The notes under the pieces were generated by a model. That model ran no database searches, was not told where the DNA came from, and worked only from the letters and a program-made list of their open reading frames with translations. A stretch of 62,706 bases of DNA, counting the filler, from Diploschistes diacapsis (lineage: Eukaryota), in assembly GCA_023645945.1 (NCBI GenBank). It is 15 parts of 15 records of this genome, joined end to end, with 100 filler letters (N's around TTAATTAATTAA, not from the genome) between each part and the next. Parts side by side here need not be neighbours in the genome. Positions count along the whole stretch, not along the records: positions 3,070 to 24,419 come from JALAIB010000310.1; 14 more parts are not named here. One strand, 5' to 3'. The position numbers and the translations under genes are program-made. Positions 12,631-22,876 of the stretch are shown one piece after another. Each line of letters opens with the position of its first letter. Position 1 is the first letter of the stretch.

Positions 12631-14681
12631 CTATAGCCAGTCCCTGAGGATCTTCCTGTTTTTCTTCAGTACCTGATTCAGTTTCTTCTCTGCCACCTCC
12701 GCTTCCTTCCTAGTACTCAGTAACAGCTCTTCCGAGGCCTTCAACGTCTGCTCCGCCTCTTCCACCGTCATCATCGCCATACGCGCCTCGATTTCGTCAT
12801 TCTCTGATTGTGTGCGCGGCGGATACATAGTAGCATACTGGGGCTCCTTGCTATCAGGCCTCATGATCGAAGCCGCATACTCTTTGAGCAACGCCTCTGG
12901 TGTGCCTGCATCTGCCGCCTCGTCATCATTACTATCAAGTGGCGGCGCAACTTGGTGGCCCGAGAGAAGGTCGTTGCTCGTAAAATTCAGCCAGGCGTCG
13001 GCGGGGTATGCGGGGGACGTGAAGCAACCAGCTGTGGCATGGATGAACTCCTTGCGTAGCTCGATGTAGCGCTTTGCTTCCTCGTGCGAGAGATGGCGGA
13101 GGACTGAACGATCTGGAAGCACGACAGCGTACTCCTGTAGATAGACTCTCTTGGGGATACACTCGCCTTGGTCTAACAGCTTCTTTTCTTGACTTGTAAG
13201 GTGGACGAAATCGTCGTAAGCAAAGTTAGAAGCAATAGCGGTTTCGAAGCGAGTATTGACTCCACTGGGGCCAAGAAACAGGTCCAGCGTGGTGGACGAT
13301 ATGACCCCTGCTTTCTTGAGGTCGGGAAAAATTGCTGCTGGCGTCATTCCCGCTCGCGGTTGTACACTGATAGACTCAACAGGTGTGGTATTTTCTGTTC
13401 CAGACTCTTCTACTACTCGAGCTCTGCTCCTCTTGCTTACTGCCATTTCCTTGGCCATGGTGATGGCCTCTTTAGTTTCTTGATCCCTTTTTTCCATGGC
13501 AGCCCTGTCTTCTACTTGAGGAGATGAGACCTCAGAATCGGCTCCTGTCACGATACCTAGGGTTGCTTGTGGCTTCTTGGACTTTTTCTTTCGGCCTATA
13601 ATGGGTGCCTGGACGATTTCTTCTTGCACTGGGCTCGAGGTACTTTCCTCAGCAAGTTTCGCTTCCTCAACCTGCTTCGCTCTTGCTTGTCTATCCTTTT
13701 TCACTTGGTTTCTACTCTTCTGAGAGGCTGGCCCGGTGCCAGGTTTACCACCAAAAGGCGACGGTGGTCTTGATAAAGAAGCAGATGTCAACGAAGCATT
13801 GTCAGAAATTAGATCATTGACTGGCGTGCTAGGCTGTTTGGCTGGCGCTTGCTTCTCCTGCTGTAAAGATCGTTTGGACGCCACAGAGGTGAAGGCAGTG
13901 CTTTCCGGCGGAGGAGTTACTATCTTTTTAGATACATCAATCTTGGCTGGCGGGACAAGTCTTAGGGTGCGTGGATTTCGAGAGGCGGGTAAAGTGGCCT
14001 GCGATGAGTTGGTACCTGAAGAACTCGGTCGCGAGCTGTCGACAGCGGCTGAGCTTGAGATAGATCTTTCAAATGAGTTTTGCGGGAGCTGCTGGATTGG
14101 TAAGGTAAATTTATGGGCCATGTTCTTCAAGTCTGCTGGAGTCTTCGGCTTGGTCTTTGCCTTCACGGGCGAAGGTTTCACAACCTTACTTCCAGCGGCT
14201 GCGGCTGCAGTAGTCGAAACCCCTGCATTTTTAGGCGGTTGTGGAGCGGATTGGACCTCCCCAGTAGTACCGGCAGCTTCGGATTTTTGACTGGTTTGTT
14301 TAGATCGCAGCCCCGACTTCAAAGGGCTCTTGGTCTCTTCCGCCCTTGCGATCTCCCTGGGAGGTGATTCTTTGGGAGACTTGTCGGTCTCCGCTGGCCT
14401 AGCGATATCCTTCGGTGGAGGGGGATGCGAAGCCGTCGGCATAGAGTGATTTTCTGCTTCACCACCCGAGAAAATTGGAGGAACTGGAGAGTCTTTTATA
14501 TCGGCATTGCGTTTGAGGGGGGCAGTAAGGGGTGGAAAATCAGCTGACATCAGTAGTCCTGGAGGTGTTGCGGGAGTGATAGGAGTAGCCCCTTCAGTTT
14601 TCAATGCGGCGACGGGAGGTGGTTGTTGCATAGAGGGCTTACGATCATGCTGGATGATCGAGGTAGTGTCGTCGATTGGAC
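12631..14681 (-). CDS. NOT4: Alternative 3' terminal exon of NOT4 (contains the 666-aa ORF); C-terminal coiled coil
   Basis: Branch site GACTGAC and acceptor TAG at 14684-14682 lie 50 nt upstream of the ORF ATG with an open frame. The acceptor is phase 1, matching two phase-1 donors in NOT4 exon 4. An independent gene is not excluded. Confidence 0.7.
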
Positions 14682-15204
14682 CTAGAGTCTCGAGTCAGTC
14701 CCGTTTGCGGCCAAAGTGCGCCAGTGAAGAGCAGGGCGAATCAGCAAAGCACACAGGATTAGGCGGGCGGCGGGCTTAGGCTCTTTGCTACGGGCGAATG
14801 ATCCTCAAATCGTAGGCGTATGTCAACGAAGTGCATGGAATCTATCAGAGGACGGAGAGTGTAAGAAAGAGCGTTTGCTGGTAGTCCATCTGCATATAGC
14901 AGAGGAGAAAGGGTTAACGTACAATGCGATCCGTTTATTGAATAATGCTGATGCGACAGTATAGCCCAATTCATGCCACCGGGATAAATGTGAATTTTGA
15001 AGCCTCCCATAAGAATTCATATGCCGGTTGCAACGCCATTCTCAGTCATGATGCCTGCACTAGCTGTTTCGTGCTGTCCACAACCATCGAAAAAAAGCCA
15101 CCTTTTCCATGACTTGGGTGCATATCATAAGAATCGTAGGTCCCGGAAGCGTAACCAGAAATCAAGGCTGAATAAAAGGAAAGCATGTTCCATCGTGTTG
15201 TGCT

Positions 15205-16333
15205 TCACCATCGGCCACCAAACCCACCGCCGCCATACATCATGCCCTGAGAGTTGTACCCACCTTGATTCTGAGCATTGCCATAAGGCCCCTGTCCAAC
15301 GCCAGTGTGGTGCATTCGAGCCTGAAGAATGCTTGGGTCCGCAAGATCTACTGTCGCACCTCCTCCAAAAGAGGAAGTGTTAGCATGTCTGTGCCTCTTT
15401 CCCTTCTTCTTCGGCTTTGGGGCTAGCTGATCTTGATATACGGAAGGCACACCAACTTGATGACCACCAGAAGTATATAGACCACGGGGCGGTGTAGGGG
15501 TGGATGCAGATGCTGGGTAAGAGGGGACTATGAACTCACGCTTGCCTTGGTCTGCACCCATGTTATTCCCACCAGTCAATCTCCCACGCATAAGGTCCCT
15601 GGCGTTCTCATCGTTCTTGGTCCCTAAGTTTGAGGTGAAATTGCCGCCACCAGCCATTGCACTAGCAAAGCCATGGCCCTGACCGAACATACCTCCGCCA
15701 CTGATAGGCGGAGTACCGCTCGCCTTGAGCCCTGGTGGCGGTCCTTGGACGCCAGTATAGAAATTAGTATGAAGACCCGTCTGCGTGCCCTGGTGGCCAA
15801 GAAAATTCTTCTGCTGTGTATGAGGCATCATTGCAGATTGCTGTGCTATCAATTGCGCATTTGTAGAGGGCTTAACGACAGTCGAGGCAGACGACGTGTC
15901 GTTCGCGAAGGTGAACCTGGAGGTATGACGCCCATGGCGAGATAACGAGCTTAGGTGCTGGTTTTGCGATTGAAAAGGGTTTGATAATTGAGAGTGATGC
16001 TGGCTTGTGTTGCCACTTGATACACGCCGTGCTTGGTCCAGGCTAGGATCCTGCTGCGTCATTCCTGACTTTAAGAGGGAAATATTGCGCTGTTGTTGTG
16101 GAGTCAAGCTTCGACCACCCATTGACATATTAGAGAATTCGTTACTCATCGAAACTTGCCTGTCGAACGGCTGTGTATCGCCAGAGAAAAGGCCAAATGG
16201 CGTTTGGCGTCTGCTATTGTTAGCAGCTCCCGGAGCGTCATCGCCGTTCTCTGGTTCCCCGCCTAGCTGTAAGCTTCCACCAGCTAGATTTTCTTCATCT
16301 TCAGGCACGCTCAGAGCTTGCTCGGCTTTTTCT

Positions 16334-16365
<32 letters not shown>

Positions 16366-17963
16366 TTCTTCTTCTTCTCCTCCTTCTTCTCCTTCTTCTC
16401 CTTCTTCTTCTTCTTCTTCTTCTTCTTCTTCTTCTTCTTCTTCTTCTTTCCGCTCTTCTTGTTCGCGCTGCTTTTTGGCATGTAATGCAAGGCCGCCGTT
16501 TGGATCGATCAAGGGCGGGTAGTTGTCGATTAGGTCCATAGTTCCTTGATCGTAGACGTTGCGGTCCAGGGACCAACTGAAGTCCGTGCTGCCAACGACC
16601 TTGAATGCTTCCACTAGGCGCGACAGGGAAGCCGGTAACGGCGGCTTTGATGTTAAGCCCTTTGCTGAGCCACTTGGAGATGAAGAAGGTTCTTCCGGTG
16701 CTTTCGATGTTGGCTCGGACGGCGCTGTGGAAGGCGGACAGGCCGCCTGACTTTCCGGTCGCAGAATGACCAGCTTTGGATGCGTAGTTTTGGGACTTGG
16801 CGTGGCACGACTGGCTGCCTGGCTGGATCTTCTACTCTGCTCAACTTGAGGATTCTTTGCCCAGCTCGCTGTTGTTGGCAAAGCAGAGCCCTCTCCACTA
16901 TCACTTCGACTCATAGCTTCAGCTTTGACAGCTTGAGTACTGGAAACTTGAGCAGCTGGTGGCGTAACAGTCGCCTGAGAAGACTGCGCCAGCACAGGGA
17001 CCGCGTTAGCCATTCTCGAGGAACCCGAAGCTGAAGCACTTGGAGCAAGGCGTTGGGAGGATGCAGCGTTAAGTGATGAAAGGTCAGCGCGACTGAAGCT
17101 GTCACTGTCATCGCCCGTCTCGTGCAGAAACATGCAACTACGGTTCGTGCATCTTTCGTTCCTTAGGAAAGCAGAACAGTATTTTGTGGTGCCATATTGA
17201 GCACTTGGACGACATCAGCTCACCATACACGATTTGGGAGCTGCTACTTACCGCAAGACCCGACCTTCGTGTGGTGTTCCATCCACCGCTGCTATGCACA
17301 TTCTTGCATCATCCTTGTTCGCGAATGTCACATATATACCAGTTGACTGCCCCGCGTAACCCTCTTTAGCTTTGCTAGCCACAATCTTGATGATATCTCC
17401 GTACTGTCCGAAGTGGTTTTGACCCCGCAAGGTTTCGAGAGCATTTTCATCACCGCTGATATCCATACCGACAACATAGACTAGATTCTTCTGCAGCACT
17501 CGAAGACCTGCCAGGTGTTTGCGATTCAGTGTCTCCACTTGCCTCCGCTCAGCCTCTTTCTGTCTTGCTGCGGCCTTTTTCTTTGCTTGAGCAGCAATAT
17601 CCGCCTTGAACCTTTACTATGTAAGCCTGGATATGTGGGCAACATTTGACACAAACCTACTCCTCGGGGCTAACCATCTTCCATTCTATGGTTTTGTCAT
17701 CGTACGGCCGCCGACATGCTGGGCAAAGCCCGTTCATGTTTTGCTTGATGTTGTTGTAGCAGAATTGACATACTTGATAGCCGCAAGGACATGGCTTGAA
17801 GTTTTTGTCGGAGAGGTCAAATTCTTCCACGCAGAGGGGGCTACACCGAAAAGGTCAGCATCGCCTCACACTGTGAACAAGACAAAAACCGTTAGTCAAG
17901 GTCTGCTTACCAGGTATCATCACCTTCGTCCATAAAGGAGTCTTGTTGTAATCGGTTGACCAT
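15205..17963 (-). CDS. NOT4: CCR4-NOT subunit Not4 (RING E3 ligase, RRM, CCCH); short isoform 863 aa; exons 17963-17911, 17840-17661, 17611-17252, 17203-15205
   Basis: C4C4 RING CPLCVEEFDLSDKNFKPCPCGYQVCQFCYNNIK..GLCPACRRPY; RRM LRVLQKNLVYVVG..FGQYGDIIKIV; AQYGTTKYCSAFLRNERCTNRSCMFLHE. Spliced length is 2592 nt, in frame. Confidence 0.96.
16330..16448 (-). repeat. (GAA)n microsatellite encoding a poly-Glu tract in Not4
   Basis: About 39 TTC/TCC triplets on the + strand, giving EEEEEEEEEEEEEEEGEEGEEGGEEEEEEEEEEEEEEEE. Confidence 0.97.
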
Positions 17964-18290
17964 CGTGAGATGTGTGAGGTGGGGATTAAGGTGATTGATT
18001 ATATCCTGACAAGCACAGATTTGAGAAGAAATCCTGGGTCTGCCGTAGAAACTCCACGCTACACAAGTAGAAATAGGATCAAAATATGGGTTGCGAAGAG
18101 AAGTTTGTACTCGATTATTCAAGTGTCAATCGTTGTCAAAACGGAGATTGCGGATGGAAATCTCATGCCAAGAGCTCACGAAACGGGATTAGCGCATATC
18201 AAATGGATCTCTGCCAACAACGCTGGGTGAACTGGGGGCAGAGCTCGGGATGAAGCTACCAATTGCACAGTACAATCAGCTTCCCCAAAC
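17964..18290. promoter_or_regulatory. Compact divergent promoter between NOT4 and the complex I 30-kDa subunit gene
   Basis: Only 327 bp separate the two oppositely oriented start codons. Confidence 0.6.
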
Positions 18291-19288
18291 ATGGCCGCGC
18301 GATCAAACGTAGCGAGCAAGCTGCAAGTGGTTTTGCGGTCTTCAAGCAAGCCGTCGTCAGTGTCAGCGGTTCGCCCATTTAGCTCGGCGTCCCGGCGGTG
18401 GAAAGACATTGCCTCTCAAGATGAAGTACCCAACATGCGCCATGCTGCTCGACCTCCTCGTATGCAATGTCCTTTCCTATTCCATTCTCAACATATCTGC
18501 TGCCGCTCAAGGGAGCACCTTATTGCGGACGGCCCATCCTGCTGCGATTGCATCACAACTAACGCCTCGCAGCATCCGGCGACCTTAAAGCCCCCGTCGT
18601 AAACCCCGCCGACAGATACTCCTCCAAAGCCAGCGACTTGCACAGCTACGGGCAATACCTGACCTCTTGCCTACCCAAATACATCCAGCAATTCTCCGTG
18701 TGGAAGGACGAGCTGACAATCTACATCCCGCCCGCGGGCGTGCTCCCCGTTTTCTCTTTCCTCAAATACCACACTGCCGCCGAGTTCACCATGGTCGCCG
18801 ACATCACCGCCGTCGACTATCCGACAAAAGACCAGCGCTTCGAAGTCGTCTACAACCTCCTCTCTGTCCGCCACAACAGCCGCATCCGCGTCAAGACGTA
18901 CGCGGACGAGGCGACGCCCGTGCCGTCCATCACCAGCCTGTACGACGGCGCCAATTGGTACGAGCGCGAAGTGTACGATCTGTTTGGCGTTTTCTTCGTC
19001 GGACACCCGGATCTGAGACGGATTATGACAGACTATGGATTCGATGGACACCCGCTGAGAAAAGACTTTCCGTTGACGGGCTACACGGAGATCAGGTACG
19101 ACGAAGAGAAGAAGAGGATCGTTGTCGAGCCGCTGGAGCTGTCGCAGGCTTTCCGCAACTTCGAAGGGGGCACGGCGGCGTGGGAGCAGGTGGGACCGGG
19201 GAAGGATAGGAAACCGGACAGCTTCAAGTTGCCGGATCCGAAGCCGGAGCCGCCGAAGGAAGGGGAGCAGCAGGGGCAGAAGAAGTGA
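18291..19288 (+). CDS. NDUFS3: NADH:ubiquinone oxidoreductase 30-kDa subunit (NDUFS3/NuoC homologue), 294 aa; exons 18291-18459, 18573-19288
   Basis: Arg/Ser-rich presequence; [53 protein letters not shown]. Intron GTATGC..CTAAC..CAG. Confidence 0.97.
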
Positions 19289-19745
19289 GAGCGGGCTGAA
19301 AGTGGGAAAGCTCAAGGATTACGGGTGACTTGTCGTGTACATAGAGACTTCGGGTTGTTGTTGAGTAGAGTATGTAAGCTACCGAGCGATCCTGATCGCT
19401 GGGGCCTTTCTATACACTTTCCATGTACCCAGCTTGAAAATGTCATTAAATGAATCGTATCGTGTGGTGCTACGGTGAGGTGGATTTAGATAAGGCTTCT
19501 AGCAAAAGAAATCCCTAATAAGAGCGATTGCTTTCCTGGGATTCTTTATACCCACTGCGAAGACATGGATTCACGGAAAAAGCGCTTTCAGTAAAATTCA
19601 TGGTTCAAATACACCAATCTTCCTCCGAAGTTCAATACATATTATTATTATTATTTCCCGCTTCGTAAATCGTCTTGCATCCACTACATAAGCTCTCGCT
19701 CAAGTCAAACACATCCACTTCCATAGCTCACCCCACTGTGTGTTC

Positions 19746-20959
19746 CTAGTTCTTCCTCTTCCCCTTCTCTCCTTCCTCCGCAAACAGAATCTCGTCTCTA
19801 ACCCACATCCCCACTACCGCCAATCCCCCAGGACCCAAGAGTATATAACCCGTCGCCGTTCCCATCACACTTGCCAGCCACTGCAGCGCGCCCTTCGGCG
19901 TCCACTTGTTCCCCACCGCATTCCCTACAACCAACAACAACGCCGAGCTCCCAATAATCTCATCGTACTGCAAGAAGAGCAGCGCGCCCTCCGCTACGCT
20001 GCTGACCTTTAGGCTCGGCGTGATGGCTGCCGGAACAAGTACCTTGCTCGGTGCCCAGGCAGCAACGGAAGCGGGGTTGAACAGCATTGGGAACATCGCG
20101 GAGGTGAAGCAGAGGGTCAGAGTGGCGATCTGTGTAGACGCCGCGCCAATGAGTGCGATGATGTACACGGCTCTGAGCGCAGACATGCCGTGCTTAGCTT
20201 TCTCCTTGTCCGACTTTCCCGATAGCGAAGAGCGGGGGACGAGTAGTTTGAAAATTTGCTGCGAGAGGGATGTCCAGATAGGAAAGACTTGCCACAGTGC
20301 CATGGTGAGCTGCTTGGTGTCTGGGTCTAGATATTGGGGAGCCGGAATGCACATTACTGCTAGCGGCAAGGCATAGCCGAAAAGGACAGAGCAGGGGATG
20401 GTTAGTGCCTCAATAGGGTCCGAGGGAAGCGCAAGAGAGAGCGTAGGGGAGAGCATTCTAGTGCCGAGAAGTGAGAGGGCCATGAGGATGGGATTGACAA
20501 AGCCAATGGAAGCAACCTGGAAGGCTATGCCCCAGAGCATGACACTTTGCCCAGCGTCAGCACATGTGAAGATCTGAATGTTCAGTGATTGGGAAGATAA
20601 CCATACTATGAATTCACCCTCCCCTTGTTTCCGGCCCTTACGCCCTCGAGCATTATCAGGGCCCACAATCCCCAGACTTGGCCGGCAAACTGAAACGACT
20701 GCAAGGAAAGTGTCGGGGCGCTACCGTCAATAACTTGCCAGAAGAAGGTATTGAGCGTGACGAAAAGGCCGTCGAGCTGGGGTATGCCGGTATAGACGGT
20801 TTTGATGGGGATATTGGAGGCGGGCAAGTTGCCGTTCTCCTTGAAGGCGTTGAGGAGCTCGCCCGCACCGTTGCGGCCGAAGAGGCCCCATATCGCATAC
20901 ACGGCGAAGAGTGAAAGATTGATTAGAATGAATTGGAGGGCGCCGGTGGAGACGGCCAT
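19746..20959 (-). CDS. Multi-pass membrane protein resembling the CtvD/AurD/PaxA(IdtA) family, 383 aa; exons 20959-20607, 20544-19746
   Basis: Motifs YTGIPQLD..L..FF, LEGVRAGNKG, ALWQVFPIW and FLQYD recalled from this family; many hydrophobic helices. The 62-nt intron (GTATGG..GCTGAC..AAG) keeps frame. Confidence 0.75.
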
Positions 20960-21185
20960 TGTATGGTGGACAGATGATGACCTCGCTAGAGAAAAGATGA
21001 TACAGACACCGACTGGGAGAAGAAATACTTTTCACAAGCACATTCACATGGAAGAAGGAAAATTATGACAGGGGCATTTTGAGATAGGAAACATGCTGGT
21101 CTTTACTTTATAGCCAGGCTTCAGCCCAGGACTAACGGCCGTACCTAGAGCGTAGGTTATAGGTTTTGCTGAAGCCCCAATGCAG

Positions 21186-21360
21186 TCGGAGTTAGATAGC
21201 GGAAGTCCGAGGAGAAAAAGGCGGAGTCGGAGTCAGGTCCGAGGAAAGGAAGCATCGAGTCTACGAAATATCTACTGAAAAAAAGGTAGAGTGCGTAGCT
21301 CACCTAAAACATTATCTACGAAAGGCATCTACAACAACGTCTGTTGCAGAGATTCCGAGG
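21186..21360. promoter_or_regulatory. Cluster of CGG-type Zn2Cys6 motifs including three TCCGAGG (FarA/FarB-like CCTCGG) sites
   Basis: CCGAGG at 21207, 21239 and 21355, plus several (T/G)CGGA motifs, within a 527-bp divergent intergenic region. Confidence 0.45.
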
Positions 21361-21486
21361 TTGTGAATTGTGCAGCGCCGATACCACAACGGAGCTCTAT
21401 CTCCATAAAGTCTTAACAAGCACGAGTCACGGTCTATTCATTTGAAGCTGATTGTGACTATTTAACCGAACCCAACGGTCCTAGAA

Positions 21487-22876
21487 ATGCCGAAAAGGAA
21501 GCGCGGTGACGTTGCAGACTCTGAAGAAGCTCCCGGTACCGCCAAAAGCCGCAACGCGGAGCTCCTAGAGAGACGCCTACAGGGAGTTATCGAGAACGGC
21601 AAAACACAGCTCTTTCGAGCCTTGAAGCTGGCAAGGGGCTTGGAGCGGCAGAAGCTCGGGAAGAGGCAGAAGAACGCGCGGCAAAAAAAGGCTAGTTCCG
21701 AGGAGGTCAATCGCCTAGCGGAGGAAGCGAGGGTTCTGAAGGTATTTAAAGCAGTACGATTCACTTTCAGGCATATTATGGCTCACTAGGTTTATGGAGG
21801 ATCTCGACCTGAATGTTGCAGCAGAGTTTCATCTCTGCAGGACGCTCGCGAGGATCAAGTCGATCGCTACAGCCCCGGGCTTTCCAGCAGATGTACTTGC
21901 GAAGGGCAATGGTCCCAGTCCGTTTCAGGGGTCTCCAGGCTCGGCAGCGGCGGCAAACGTTACAGCCAGGCTTTACAACTCGAATCCCGTGAAGGACGTG
22001 ATACCAGCGGTTACTGAGAAGGTCCGCGCTGTGCTGGGGGTTGCAAAGGTCGAGCCTCCTTCGAAACAGGGTGATGGAAAGGGCGACGTAGAAGTGAAGG
22101 GCAGGTCTGGAAATCCAGTAAGCGCGTCTGTAGCCCTAGGCAGTGGCGACGACATGTCCTTGGCCTCCGCTACAGGACCGGGCGATTTGGAGCGGTATAC
22201 GTCAAGGCTAGCTGAAAAGTCAAGCGAAGGGTCTGCGAACGAACACGACAGTGATATGGATTTCAAGGATAGCCTAGAGGACTCTCGGGTTTTACAAGCA
22301 GAAATAGGGGAGCCTTCGGTGAAGCACAATGATGATTCTATCTCTACATCTCCCCCGCTGGTACAGTATCCCACTACTAAAAAGAAGAAAAGCCGTGATC
22401 TCTCACCAATTAGAACCTCAACGTTTCTTCCTTCGCTGGCAATGGGTGGCTACTGGTCAGGCTCCGAGTCAGCACCCAACACATCAGACGAGGAAGCCGC
22501 GAAGATAAAGCCACGGAAGAACAGAAGGGGCCAGCAAGCTCGGCGGGCCGTTTGGGAAAAGAAATACGGCAGTGGCGCTAACCACGTCAAACAGCAGAAA
22601 AATAGCCGCGATGAAGGGTGGGATCCTCGAAGGGGGGCGCAATCTGAAGAAACTAAAGGACGCAGCAAAGGTCGGTCGAGTATGCGATCTCGGGCTCGAG
22701 GTCAGGCAAAACAGGAGGGGCCGACAGGTGCGAACAGCGATCCATTGGGTAAAAGTACTCGCAAGCCCACTGTTTCCGTTGACAAGCTGCATCCATCTTG
22801 GGAGGCAGCACAGAGGAGGCGGAAAGATGCGAAGAACACGGCTACTTTCCAGGGTAAAAAAGTGGTCTTTGATTGA
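21487..22876 (+). CDS. BUD22: Bud22/SRFBP1-family ribosome biogenesis protein (~443 aa); exons 21487-21741 and ~21800-22876
   Basis: LFRALKLARGLERQKLGKRQK, TFLPSLAMGGYWSGSES, KNRRGQQARRAVWEKKYGSGANH, LHPSWEAA and FQGKKVVFD. The acceptor position is uncertain. Confidence 0.93.

Noticed and set aside
16301..16576. Poly-Arg ORF (and the poly-Ser ORF 16007-16522)
   Set aside because: Alternative readings of the (GAA)n tract in NOT4.
18667..19315. Overlapping 180-aa and 214-aa ORFs
   Set aside because: Alternate-frame and antisense shadows of the NDUFS3 gene.
3070..20959. Biosynthetic gene cluster from the P450 to the CtvD-like gene
   Set aside because: 15 kb of housekeeping genes intervene and there is no backbone synthase.
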